The notes below the pieces were generated by a model, which saw only the letters and a program-made list of their open reading frames with translations, searched no databases and was not told the DNA's origin. This document shows, piece after piece, positions 55,659 to 64,000 of a stretch of DNA of 64,000 nucleotides. Position 1 is the first letter of the stretch. The number at the start of each line of letters is the position of its first letter. Position numbers and translations under genes: made by a program. The DNA lies in NCBI GenBank assembly GCA_903851235.1, contig CAINNR010000015.1:11327-75326 (forward strand), read 5' to 3'. The DNA is from an uncultured Candidatus Berkelbacteria bacterium. GTDB taxonomy: Bacteria > Patescibacteriota > UBA1384 > XYA2-FULL-43-10 > CAINNR01.

Positions 55659-56621
55659 TTATTTTCGTCTCATCTTTTCCACTGTCTTAAACAATTTGTA
55701 TTTTGCCGTTGAAAATACCAGATCCCAACTTCCAAGCGATTGAAATTCTTCACCGCCAAACTGTTTTTTGAATCTGGTTATGCCGGCCCATGGATGTTTT
55801 TCATCATCGGTCGGCGCAATTCCGAACATATCATAGAATTTGCAACCGCGGCGTTTTGCCTCGCGCATCACCTCCCAATGAAGTTTGTAGGGTGCCATTT
55901 TCTCTCTCTGCTCATCGCTCGATCCGCCAAAAAGATAAATACAACTGTCTTTGTAAAAAATGATAATTGCCGAGGCTAAAACTGAATCATGCTGGACTAC
56001 AGTGTTGTTGTTTGGTTCGTAATTTCGGGATTCATCGGTAATTTGGTCGCGAGCTTTAGCCGTGAACACCTGAACATAATCCTTTGGCGACAGGTTGTCA
56101 ATAAGCGCCTGAAAATAGCTCAGACTTCGATAGGAAATTTTCTGTCGTTTTGCCATCTGCTGATATAACTGATAAAAATCCTCAACACTGCCTTTCTCAA
56201 TCGCAAGCTGATTTTTCTCGGCAATTTTAATATTATATCGGCCCTTCTGTTTCATCTCTTTCAATATGTCATCTTCGGATTTTGTCAAATTTATCAGCAA
56301 TGTGTGCTCCGGTTGCATTTCCTCAAAAGCTTTGGCAAATCCCGATTTTCCCGGCAAGATGTCACCGGCGACTTCATCGTTCGATTCCATCCGATAAAAA
56401 AGTGATTTTTCCTCGATAGCGATTTTTTTGATTTGATCAAGAAAAATTTTTTGCATTGCCAATTTTGTTTGGTCGCGGCTCATCATTGGCGAGTAAAGCA
56501 TCGAGCCCAGTAGTGGAATTTTCCTTTCCAGGACAAGAATGTCAAAAACCCGCCAGCTTTTTTGCCAACCGGTTTTTAATTTGAATTTCTCCCATTCGGC
56601 TGTTTGGAAAATTGTCGCCAT
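55659..56621 (-). CDS. FemAB-family peptidoglycan interpeptide-bridge aminoacyltransferase-like protein
   Basis: FQTAEWEKFKLKTGW N-terminus and overall length typical of the FemABX family; adjacent to the MurE-like gene. Confidence 0.5.
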   Translation of the reverse strand: MATIFQTAEWEKFKLKTGWQKSWRVFDILVLERKIPLLGSMLYSPMMSRDQTKLAMQKIFLDQIKKIAIEEKSLFYRMESNDEVAGDILPGKSGFAKAFEEMQPEHTLLINLTKSEDDILKEMKQKGRYNIKIAEKNQLAIEKGSVEDFYQLYQQMAKRQKISYRSLSYFQALIDNLSPKDYVQVFTAKARDQITDESRNYEPNNNTVVQHDSVLASAIIIFYKDSCIYLFGGSSDEQREKMAPYKLHWEVMREAKRRGCKFYDMFGIAPTDDEKHPWAGITRFKKQFGGEEFQSLGSWDLVFSTAKYKLFKTVEKMRRK

Positions 56622-56724
56622 CAGACAAATTTTATATATTTAAATCATTGAATCATTTGGAATCCATTTTAAATTGAGGACTGGAAATTCTTGTTCCTCA
56701 TTTAATCTAGCAAATTTGTTGAAT

Positions 56725-56751
56725 AAAAAAAAGCGGCACTCTTGGTACCGC
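56725..56751 (-). terminator. terminator-like hairpin (member of duplicated gene-end module)
   Basis: Minus strand: hairpin gcggtaccaagagtgccgc followed by TTTTTTTT; about 50 nt homologous to 57380..57430. Confidence 0.4.
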
Positions 56752-56758
56752 TGTAAAA

Positions 56759-57298
56759 TCACTGAGTTCGTTGCAAAACTACCCGCCGGGTCAGTCGACC
56801 CTTGCCGAGTGGGTCGAGAAGATAAAGCGGAATTCGGGCGAGCCGACCGGGAATTTCCCGAATTGGCAACTGATAATCGGAACATTGGACTTTAACGAAC
56901 TTTCTGCGAAGTCGAAAGAACAATGTCTTGATGCCAAGTAGGTGCCAGCGTTCGCTCACAATGGTGATTCCAATCAAGTCAAAATTCAAGCAGTTTTTCT
57001 CGATGATTCTGATAACATTAATCACATTCTGGCGAGTGATCAATGACATGGTTTCAGTGAAGATTCTGCCGTTCCACTCCGGGCAGTTATCTCCCCACCA
57101 TTTTTCCATCAGTTTTGCTACCGGGGTAGTCTGACCCGGCGCGAAAACACCACCGGAAAAGATGACGGCGCCGTGATCATTACTGACAGCTTTTGCAGTT
57201 TTGAGGTTGGCAATGGTGTCGACGCCCAATTGATTACCGCTTACTCCCATACCAAAGACAACTAGGATCTTCGGCACCGGCACTGGCATTCCTCTCAC
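56759..57298 (-). CDS. DUF218/YdcF-family protein
   Basis: ILVVFGMGVSGNQ...GAVIFSGG...NT..N...SERWHL pattern typical of DUF218. Confidence 0.5.
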   Translation of the reverse strand: MRGMPVPVPKILVVFGMGVSGNQLGVDTIANLKTAKAVSNDHGAVIFSGGVFAPGQTTPVAKLMEKWWGDNCPEWNGRIFTETMSLITRQNVINVIRIIEKNCLNFDLIGITIVSERWHLLGIKTLFFRLRRKFVKVQCSDYQLPIREIPGRLARIPLYLLDPLGKGRLTRRVVLQRTQ

Positions 57299-57391
57299 CC
57301 TTTCGGAGTGGCAGAATAATCAGAATCTACCACCAAATGATAAAAATATCAATCCAGCGCTGAAAAAAATTGATTAAAAGTTCTATTGAAT

Positions 57392-57418
57392 AAAAAAAGC
57401 GGTGCTTTTGACACCGCT
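57392..57418 (-). terminator. rho-independent terminator
   Basis: Minus strand agcggtg-tcaaaag-caccgct followed by TTTTTTT. Confidence 0.6.
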
Positions 57419-57424
57419 ATGGAA

Positions 57425-57610
57425 TCACTGTTTTCGTCGTCGGGCGAGCTGTTTGTTGACCAGATCAGGACATCTGGGATCGCGGGTAATTCCCGTGTTG
57501 GTGATGGTGATTACTTCAATCTCCGGCTTTGACCCGTTCGTGACCTGAGCGGCAAGCTCTGCGAAATCATTCGCCGCTCGGCGGAGTGTATCCGAATCGT
57601 TGGCAGTCAT
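57425..57610 (-). CDS. small ORFan (61 aa) in own expression cassette
   Basis: About 52% GC; minus-strand TTGACT-17-TATTAT promoter and AGGAGG RBS in 57611..57688; terminator downstream. Confidence 0.35.
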   Translation of the reverse strand: MTANDSDTLRRAANDFAELAAQVTNGSKPEIEVITITNTGITRDPRCPDLVNKQLARRRKQ

Positions 57611-57688
57611 TTCACACCTCCTATCAAGAAAAATAATAATTTAAGTTGTATGGAAAGTCAACGGATTTTCTGCTAAAATCAATCAGAA

Positions 57689-58864
57689 ATGAAAAAAGAT
57701 GAAATTATAATTTTGGCGATTGAAACCAGTTGTGATGAAACGGCGGCGGCAGTTATTGTCGCTCCTTACGAATTTACAAATAAAACCGAGAGCGAAATTA
57801 CCAATAATGCGCCGTTAATTCTGTCGAATGTTATCAGTTCGTCGGCAGATTTGCACGCCAAAACCGCTGGAATCGTGCCGGAAGTTGCCAGTCGAGCACA
57901 GATGGAAGCGATATTGCCCGTAGTTGAGCAAGCTCTTCAACAAGCAAATTCAAAATTGCGGAGTGGGGATTTGTTGGAAGGTATAACCCACATTGCTGTC
58001 ACAAATGGGCCGGGACTTATTGGTTCGTTGTTGGTCGGTTTTAATGCGGCGAAAACTATCGCCTATGCCAGAAATTTGCCATTCATTTCGATCAACCATA
58101 TTGAAGGACACATTTACTCCGCCTTTGCGGGAACAAATAGGGAAAAACTGATGACGAATAACTTTGGTATCGAATTTCCGATCTTGGCGTTGACCGTTTC
58201 CGGCGGACACACATCTTTAACTTTGATGTCTGACCATGGCAAGTATCAAACTCAAGGCGAAACAATTGATGACGCCGCCGGTGAAGCTTTCGACAAGGTG
58301 GCAAAGCTGCTTGGGCTGGGGTATCCGGGTGGACCGGAAGTTTCGAAATTAGCGGAACAATATCGAAATAAAGTTCAAAAATCAAAATCCAAGAATCAAA
58401 ACGAAGAAATCGAATTTCCCCGGCCGTTGATCAACCAGCCGAATTTTAACTTTTCGTTTTCCGGCTTAAAAACTGCGGTACTGACTCAAGTTAAAAAACT
58501 TATGACTTTCGATTTACAACTTACGACTGAGCAAAAAGAGCAGATCTGCTGGGCTTTTGAGGAAGCGGCAGTTGATGTCCTTTGCACCAAAGCGATCAAG
58601 GCGGCACGAAAGTGTCGACCAAAAGCAATAATTCTTGCCGGTGGCGTTGCGGCGAACCGTCGATTGCAGCAAGAACTCAGAAATCGAATTGAAAAATATA
58701 ATTTGGAAGTCGAAGAAAAACATCAATTAAATTTTTTTACTCCCGGGGTTGGTATGACCGGCGACAATGCGGCGATGATCGGAATTGCCGCTTACTATCG
58801 GATTGTCAAGAATAACATTCCCGAACTTTTTGGCACGACTGTTGACTCAAACCTGAGTCTATAA
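57689..58864 (+). CDS. tsaD: tRNA N6-adenosine threonylcarbamoyltransferase
   Basis: LAIETSCDETAAAV N-terminal motif, GGVAANRRL C-terminal motif; contains a Lys-rich insertion. Confidence 0.85.
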   Translation: MKKDEIIILAIETSCDETAAAVIVAPYEFTNKTESEITNNAPLILSNVISSSADLHAKTAGIVPEVASRAQMEAILPVVEQALQQANSKLRSGDLLEGITHIAVTNGPGLIGSLLVGFNAAKTIAYARNLPFISINHIEGHIYSAFAGTNREKLMTNNFGIEFPILALTVSGGHTSLTLMSDHGKYQTQGETIDDAAGEAFDKVAKLLGLGYPGGPEVSKLAEQYRNKVQKSKSKNQNEEIEFPRPLINQPNFNFSFSGLKTAVLTQVKKLMTFDLQLTTEQKEQICWAFEEAAVDVLCTKAIKAARKCRPKAIILAGGVAANRRLQQELRNRIEKYNLEVEEKHQLNFFTPGVGMTGDNAAMIGIAAYYRIVKNNIPELFGTTVDSNLSL

Positions 58865-58890
58865 AAAAAACCGGATGAAACATCATCCGG
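58863..58890. terminator. bidirectional hairpin terminator
   Basis: AAAAAAAA ccggatg-aaacat-catccgg; on the minus strand the hairpin is followed by the T-run. Confidence 0.5.
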
Positions 58891-59140
58891 TGTCGGTTGG
58901 AGCTCCTCGCTTCTGTTGCCCGATTGCGACAACGGTTGCCCGATCTGCTTGCAGATCGGCGATGGCTTCGGTCACTGACTTGCCACCGCCCCGACTTGGC
59001 ACCACAACGATGCCATCACCGTCGTGCTCCAGGGTGCTTTCCTCCTGGTGGTAGCCTTGGTCATAGGACTCGCCAGCCAAATCGAGAATTGTTTTCCGAT
59101 CTTTACTGTCGAAAAGTTGCCTTTTGGCCATAATTATCAC
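58883..59140 (-). CDS. small high-GC ORFan (85 aa)
   Basis: About 58% GC; minus-strand TTGAAC-17-TATATT promoter-like sequence upstream; no motif. Confidence 0.3.
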   Translation of the reverse strand: MIIMAKRQLFDSKDRKTILDLAGESYDQGYHQEESTLEHDGDGIVVVPSRGGGKSVTEAIADLQADRATVVAIGQQKRGAPTDTG

Positions 59141-59228
59141 CTTCTTCGCGCGGAGTTAGGCCATCGACAAAAATATATCACAATCACAATCATCGTTCAA
59201 ACTAATTTCATTATAAAAATCCGCCGGG

Positions 59229-59669
59229 CTACGGCGGATCGGCGAGAATTTGTTGCAAGTATCCTACGGTTCCTGTCGATGGAGCTGTTAAGATCCATTG
59301 GAAACCGGCCTGTTCTAGCTCCTCTTTGTGCTGACCGAAATCTTCGATGACAATGCGATTTTTCAACTGAGTCGGAAGCTCGGCCAAGGCGGATAACCAC
59401 TCCGGACCGATGCCGGATTCTCGTGGCGCGACTTCGGTTAATACCAGTCGGTGGTTCTTCAGCCCATTAATAATCGCTTGAATTGATTTTTCAAATGTGT
59501 TTGAAAATATGCCTGAGACTTCAACCGACAATCCTTGCGCCCTTGCATGTCTAACTAAAGATTCCTTGCCACCCATTCGGAATGGAAAAATGATCAAGAC
59601 GTCAGCCACAGTAATCCCTCCCGAAGTTTGTCGTAAACTGTTTATAACAAAAATTGTGAAAAAAAGCAA
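59229..59669 (-). CDS. hypothetical protein
   Basis: 146-aa ORF (true start may be the internal MGGKESL); hairpin ccgccg-ggcta-cggcgg + T-run terminator on minus strand after the stop. Confidence 0.35.
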   Translation of the reverse strand: MLFFTIFVINSLRQTSGGITVADVLIIFPFRMGGKESLVRHARAQGLSVEVSGIFSNTFEKSIQAIINGLKNHRLVLTEVAPRESGIGPEWLSALAELPTQLKNRIVIEDFGQHKEELEQAGFQWILTAPSTGTVGYLQQILADPP

Positions 59670-59772
59670 CTAAGCGGACATTGCTAAAAAATTTCTACTC
59701 CACTGGAAAAGGTGGCTGGTCTTTGCTACACTAGCTATGGTAATGTTCAGCTTCTTATTAATCTTGCAAGCG

Positions 59773-61962
59773 ATGAAAAAAACCTTCAATAAAAATTGGC
59801 AACACTTGGAAATCGAATCCAAACTTTACAATAACTGGGAGCAATCCGGCTATTTTAAGCCGGAAATTTCGCAAAAGCTATCAGCCGGTAGCGATCAGCT
59901 GTCAGCTAATAAACCGTTCGTTATTGCCATTCCGCCGCCGAATGTTACCGGCAAATTGCACATCGGTCACGCCTATGGAACGACTTTACAGGATTTAATG
60001 ATTCGTTATCATCGTTTGCTCGGTGACGCCTCACTTTATATTCCCGGTATGGATCACGCCGGCATTGCGACCCAGGCTGTCGTTGATAAAAAATTGCGCA
60101 AAGAGGGCATTAACAAAAATGACATCGGTCGAGAGAAATTCGTCGAAGAAGTTTGGAAGTGGAAAGAGGAGTCGGGTGGAAAAATTTTGCAACAGTTGCG
60201 AGCGATCGGCGCGTCCTGTGATTGGGATCGTGAACGCTTCACATTGGATGCTGGATTATCGGACGCCGTTCGCCAAGCATTCATTCATCTTTATGAAAAA
60301 GATTTGATCTATCGAGGTTTGCGAACGGTAAACTGGTGCCCGAAATGTCACACGGCGATCGCCGATGACGAAGTCGAATACAAAAAGGAGATCGGAAAAT
60401 TTTATTGGATTAAATACGGTCCTTTTATATTGGCGACTTCGCGTCCGGAAACCAAGCTCGGCGATACCGCTGTTGCCGTCCATCCGGGTGACAAGAGATA
60501 CAAAGATATGGTCGGCAAAAAATATATGATTCCCGGAGTTCTGGGCGATTTTGAAGTTGAGGTTGTCGCTGACAACGCCGTCGATCCGAATTTCGGTAGC
60601 GGCGCAGTCAAGGTGACACCGGCGCACTCGATAATCGATTTTGAAATTTCCCAGCGACATAATATCCCGATCAAACAGGTGATCGACGATCGTGGCCGAA
60701 TGATGGAAAACAGCGGCAAATACGCCGGCATGACAACCAAGGAAGCGCGCGAGGAGATTGTCGCCGATATGATGAAGCTTGGACTGATCGATCACGTCGA
60801 TGAAAATTATGAACACAATATTGCGGTTTGTTATCGCTGTGGCGGCCAAATCGAGCCGATTCCTTCAAAACAGTGGTTTGTGAAAATGAAACCGTTGGCG
60901 GAGAAAGCCCGGCAGGCCGTCGAGTCCGGCGAAATCGAAATTATCCCGAAAAGATTTGAAAAAGTCTATTTTCATTGGCTCGATAACATTCGCGACTGGT
61001 GCGTCTCTCGCCAGCTTTGGTGGGGACATCAGATACCGGTATGGTATTCGGACTCAGAATTGTCGGAGGAGAAAATTTATGTTGGAGAAAATCCGCCGGA
61101 GGGCTACATTCAAGATGAAGACGTCTTGGATACCTGGTTTTCCTCGGCGCTGTGGCCGTTTTCAACTTTGGGCTGGCCCAATGGATCATCAGAAGATTAT
61201 CAGCGGTTTTACCCGACAACAGTGATGGAAACCGGCTACGACATCCTATTTTTCTGGGTTGCCAGAATGATTATGATGGGGCAAGAACTTACGGGGAAAA
61301 TTCCCTTCAAAACGGTCTATTTGCACGGTTTGGTTCGCGATGAGCATAATCGAAAGATGTCAAAATCGCTTGGCAACGCTTTGGATCCGCTAGATCTGAT
61401 CGCCAAATACGGCACCGATGCACTGCGAATGGGCCTGATTATCGGTTCAACACCGGGTCAAGATGTTGCCATCGGCGAAAGTAAAATTAGGGGTTATCGC
61501 AACTTTACCAATAAAATTTGGAATGCTTCGCGTTTTGTCTCACTGCGGGTGACCGATGGTGATTTACAAAGCGGGGAGCAGGGAGAAAGTAAAATTTCCG
61601 ATCTGAATATTGATGAAAAATTGTTGACCAAAGACGACCGTGAGATTCTGGTTTTGTACAAAACTGCTAAAGATCAAGTCACAAAGCATTTAAACAAATT
61701 CGAATTTTCATTAGCTGGAGAGTCTCTTTACAATTTTTTCTGGCATACTTTTTGTGACCAATATATCGAAAAATCAAAGTTACAGTTAGATGACGAAAAA
61801 ATTAAAGACAACACCAAAAAAATTCTGATAAAAATACTCTCGGAAAGTTTGATCATGCTTCATCCGTTCGCGCCGTTTGTGACCGAGGCCGTTTGGCAGG
61901 AGTTGCGAGAATTTACGCCCAATTTGGCCGAATCAATCATGATTTCAACTTGGCCCAAGTAA
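59773..61962 (+). CDS. valS: valine--tRNA ligase (compact form lacking C-terminal coiled coil)
   Basis: PPNVTGKLHIGHAYG class-I HIGH motif in ValRS form, KMSKSLGN motif, editing domain present; start moved to the Met preceding KKTFNKNWQHLE. Confidence 0.8.
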   Translation: MKKTFNKNWQHLEIESKLYNNWEQSGYFKPEISQKLSAGSDQLSANKPFVIAIPPPNVTGKLHIGHAYGTTLQDLMIRYHRLLGDASLYIPGMDHAGIATQAVVDKKLRKEGINKNDIGREKFVEEVWKWKEESGGKILQQLRAIGASCDWDRERFTLDAGLSDAVRQAFIHLYEKDLIYRGLRTVNWCPKCHTAIADDEVEYKKEIGKFYWIKYGPFILATSRPETKLGDTAVAVHPGDKRYKDMVGKKYMIPGVLGDFEVEVVADNAVDPNFGSGAVKVTPAHSIIDFEISQRHNIPIKQVIDDRGRMMENSGKYAGMTTKEAREEIVADMMKLGLIDHVDENYEHNIAVCYRCGGQIEPIPSKQWFVKMKPLAEKARQAVESGEIEIIPKRFEKVYFHWLDNIRDWCVSRQLWWGHQIPVWYSDSELSEEKIYVGENPPEGYIQDEDVLDTWFSSALWPFSTLGWPNGSSEDYQRFYPTTVMETGYDILFFWVARMIMMGQELTGKIPFKTVYLHGLVRDEHNRKMSKSLGNALDPLDLIAKYGTDALRMGLIIGSTPGQDVAIGESKIRGYRNFTNKIWNASRFVSLRVTDGDLQSGEQGESKISDLNIDEKLLTKDDREILVLYKTAKDQVTKHLNKFEFSLAGESLYNFFWHTFCDQYIEKSKLQLDDEKIKDNTKKILIKILSESLIMLHPFAPFVTEAVWQELREFTPNLAESIMISTWPK

Positions 61963-62058
61963 ATATTGGCATTAAAAATCCATTATGAAAAACGAAATTG
62001 AAATCTACTCCGGAAAGAGAGGAGTAGAGATAAAAGTTAAGTTTGAAAAGGAAACGTT

Positions 62059-62952
62059 TTGGCTGACACAAAACAGTTGGTAGAGCTTTTTAATACCTCT
62101 CAATCTGTTATCAGCCGTCATCTCAATAATATTTTTAATTCCGCTGAGTTGGATAAAAAAAGCAATATGCAAAAAATGCATAATGCTTTTTCAGACAAAC
62201 CTGTGACATCATACAGTCTCGATGCAGTAATTTCTGTCGGTTATCGTGTCAATTCAAAAAAAGCGACTGATTTTCGGATTTGGGCAACTGAAAAATTAGG
62301 AAATTATTTGCTTAGTGGTTATATTTTAGACCGGAAAAAACTTTCGGTTGCCTATGATAAATTTCAGGAGATTAAAGATACTTTACTTTTGATCGAGGAA
62401 AAATCAAAGTTTGCCGAACTTAGTGGGCAGGAAAAAAATCTTCTGGATATCATTGGCGAATATGCAAAAACTTTTGATTTGTTGGAAAAATACGATCAAG
62501 GTAAATTGGAGATCGGTCGAGTTAACAAATATTTAAAATTCAGCCTGGAATCTGACGATTGTTTAAGGATAATAGAAAGTTTGCGCCAAAGTTTGGTCAA
62601 AAAGAAGATGATTTCCGACCTTTTCGGTCAAAGTGCCGGCGATAAAATCACAGGTGTCATCTGATTAATAAATCAAACCTTTGACGGTGCTGACCTGTAT
62701 CCGAGCATTGAAGAAAAAGCCGCTAATTTGCTTTACTTTGTGATCAAAGATCACCCGTTTCTCGATGGTAACAAGCGTATTGGCTCGATTTTGTTCTTAT
62801 ATTTCTTGGAGAAAAATGGTTATCTTTACAAATCAAGCGGTGAGCAAAAAATCAATGATAATACCTTGACAGCTCTTTCACTTTTGGTTGCTGTCAGCGA
62901 TCCGAGAGACAAGGAAAATTTGGTTAAACTGGTGATAAATTTAATCAGGTAG
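62059..62952 (+). pseudogene. RhuM-family / Doc (Fic-fold) protein interrupted by in-frame TGA (62662..62664)
   Basis: N-terminal RhuM-like region (VISVGYRVNSKKATDFRIWATEKL) ends ...KITGVI-TGA, then continues in the same frame LINQTFDGADLYPSIEEKAANLLYFVIKDHPFLDGNKRIGS (Doc/Fic HPFxDGNKR motif) into ORF 62728..62952. Confidence 0.55.
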
Positions 62953-63063
62953 GAGTCTTTTCTACTAATTGAATAATGCCTCTAACGGATCCCATAGGTT
63001 GACAAAATCATGATCTTAGAGTTATAATTTCACTAGCTAATAATTAATTTGATAAGGAGAGAT

Positions 63064-63210
63064 ATGGGATCAGATTGTTCCAGTTGCACCCATTGTGACG
63101 ATTGCGGTGTTGCCGAGCCAAAAGTTAAGGAAACCGAAGCTTGCGAATGTTCGAAGTGTCATTGCAATCCGTGCAAATGCGGTGAGGAAAAAAAAGAAGA
63201 AAAGAAATAA
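63064..63210 (+). CDS. 48-aa Cys-rich peptide (metallothionein-like)
   Basis: TAAGGAGAGATATG RBS; MGSDCSSCTHCDDCGVAEPKVKETEACECSKCHCNPCKCGEEKKEEKK (10 Cys, CxxC and CxC arrays); terminator immediately downstream; not in ORF track (<60 aa). Confidence 0.5.
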   Translation: MGSDCSSCTHCDDCGVAEPKVKETEACECSKCHCNPCKCGEEKKEEKK

Positions 63211-63232
63211 TTTTTCTGAAATAATCAAAATT

Positions 63233-63257
63233 CCCGTGCAAATGCGCGGGTTTTTTG
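63233..63257 (+). terminator. rho-independent terminator
   Basis: cccgtgc-aaat-gcgcggg followed by TTTTTTG. Confidence 0.55.
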
Positions 63258-63314
63258 ATACTATCAAATAGTTAGACTTCTTGGTTTACCCGTTATCAGT
63301 TATCAGTTAAAATT

Positions 63315-63923
63315 ATGATTATTGACGCTTTGGCAAATTTTGCGACGACTGTAATTTCTCACCTTGGTTACCTGGGTATTTTTTTCTTGATGGGGCTTGA
63401 ATCGGCTTGCATTCCGATCCCATCGGAGGTGATCATGCCGTTTGCCGGTTTCTTGGTCATCAGCGGTCAATTTGGATTTATCGGCGTGGTGATTATCGGA
63501 TCGCTGGGGAATTTAGCCGGTTCACTTTTTTCCTATTGGGTTGGATATCGTGGTGGTCGGCCACTGATCGAAAAATACGGCAAATTTATCTTGCTTTCTC
63601 ATCGCGATTTGGATTCATCGGACCGCTTCTTTAAAAAATACGGTGATAGCACGGTATTTTTTTCACGTCTTCTTCCGGTTATTAGGACATTTATCTCCTT
63701 GCCGGCTGGAATATCGAGAATGGAAATAAAAAAATTTATTCTTTATACCTTGGCTGGCGTCATCCCGTTCACGGCTTTTTTGGCTTATGCCGGCGTAATA
63801 CTAAACAACAACTGGGACAGGCTTCGACCGTATTTTCATAAGTTCGATTTGGCGATTGTCATTGTTATTGTTTTGGCCATTGCGTGGTTTATTGTCAGAC
63901 ACTTGAAACACCGATCAAATTAG
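63315..63923 (+). CDS. DedA/VTT-family membrane protein
   Basis: FFLMGLESACIPIPSEVIMPFAGFLV and RLLPVIRTFISLPAGISRM conserved DedA segments. Confidence 0.8.
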   Translation: MIIDALANFATTVISHLGYLGIFFLMGLESACIPIPSEVIMPFAGFLVISGQFGFIGVVIIGSLGNLAGSLFSYWVGYRGGRPLIEKYGKFILLSHRDLDSSDRFFKKYGDSTVFFSRLLPVIRTFISLPAGISRMEIKKFILYTLAGVIPFTAFLAYAGVILNNNWDRLRPYFHKFDLAIVIVIVLAIAWFIVRHLKHRSN

Positions 63924-64000
63924 ACTGCTATGTTTTATATGTTTATACTTCCTCGCTTAGATCCCCAACCAAAAGATCATCAGAAGTTTATATCTCACCC

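Noticed and set aside
62662-62664. Possibility that in-frame TGA reflects a UGA=Gly genetic code (code 25) as in some CPR lineages
   Set aside because: Core genes (dnaA, dnaN, recF, valS, tsaD) have normal lengths under code 11, and TGA terminates other genes just before their terminators (ends at 56759 and 57425); lesion treated as local
63070-63267. Minus-strand 65-aa ORF from the ORF track
   Set aside because: Antisense to a plus-strand Cys-rich ORF that has a canonical RBS and terminator; minus-strand frame is low-complexity (poly-Phe from the A-rich sense strand)

Overview
Composition, gene content and gene order suggest a chromosomal segment of a small-genome bacterium with Gram-positive-type gene order, possibly a CPR/Saccharibacteria-like organism; the taxonomic placement is inference. 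The segment spans the replication origin, with the order yidC-yidD-rnpA-[insert]-rpmH <> dnaA-oriC-dnaN-recF. Four regions stand out.

1. A pilin-like paralog cluster (762..3860), a GspE/PilB ATPase, and a roughly 25 kb minus-strand supercluster (26002..51485) that looks like a Gram-positive-type (Tn916/pCF10-like) type IV secretion (T4SS) locus. It carries a VirB4-like ATPase split into two ORFs, a PrgI/VirB3-like protein, a VirB6/TrbL-like protein and a cytoplasmic HExxH protein. It also carries a battery of cell-wall enzymes (M23 peptidase, two RlpA-like DPBB proteins with one fused to an M15 peptidase, an L,D-transpeptidase-like protein, a PEGA+TolB-like beta-propeller). A 2414-aa surface protein with about 15 degenerate xLxLP repeats lies at the cluster's downstream end. 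No coupling protein or relaxase is present in the window.

2. A defence/TA-rich accessory stretch (3966..17600). It holds an AAA ATPase (DUF4143), an intact MNT antitoxin next to a decayed HepT toxin, an ECF sigma factor, a GH1 beta-glucosidase and two STAS-like (DUF4325) + GHKL-ATPase gene pairs, one fused to an HTH. These pairs flank an AbiEi/AbiEii cassette bounded by about 36-bp imperfect direct repeats. RelE/Phd, a GIY-YIG protein and tRNA-Ser(CGA) follow.

3. Five small high-GC (roughly 55-63% by eye) ORFan cassettes, each with its own near-consensus promoter, RBS and rho-independent terminator. One is inserted precisely between rpmH and rnpA.

4. Several unexplained non-coding signals. 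A 43-nt conserved core enclosed by a stem with a compensatory base-pair change occurs in the 5' regions of two T4SS-cluster genes. A 30-nt motif is shared upstream of a pilin gene and the PrgI-like gene. A perfect palindromic pair of DnaA boxes lies inside dnaA. A gene-end/terminator module is duplicated.

Other items are a RhuM/Doc-family gene interrupted by an in-frame TGA and a 48-aa peptide with 10 cysteines. All functional calls are from motif recognition by eye; no searches were run.
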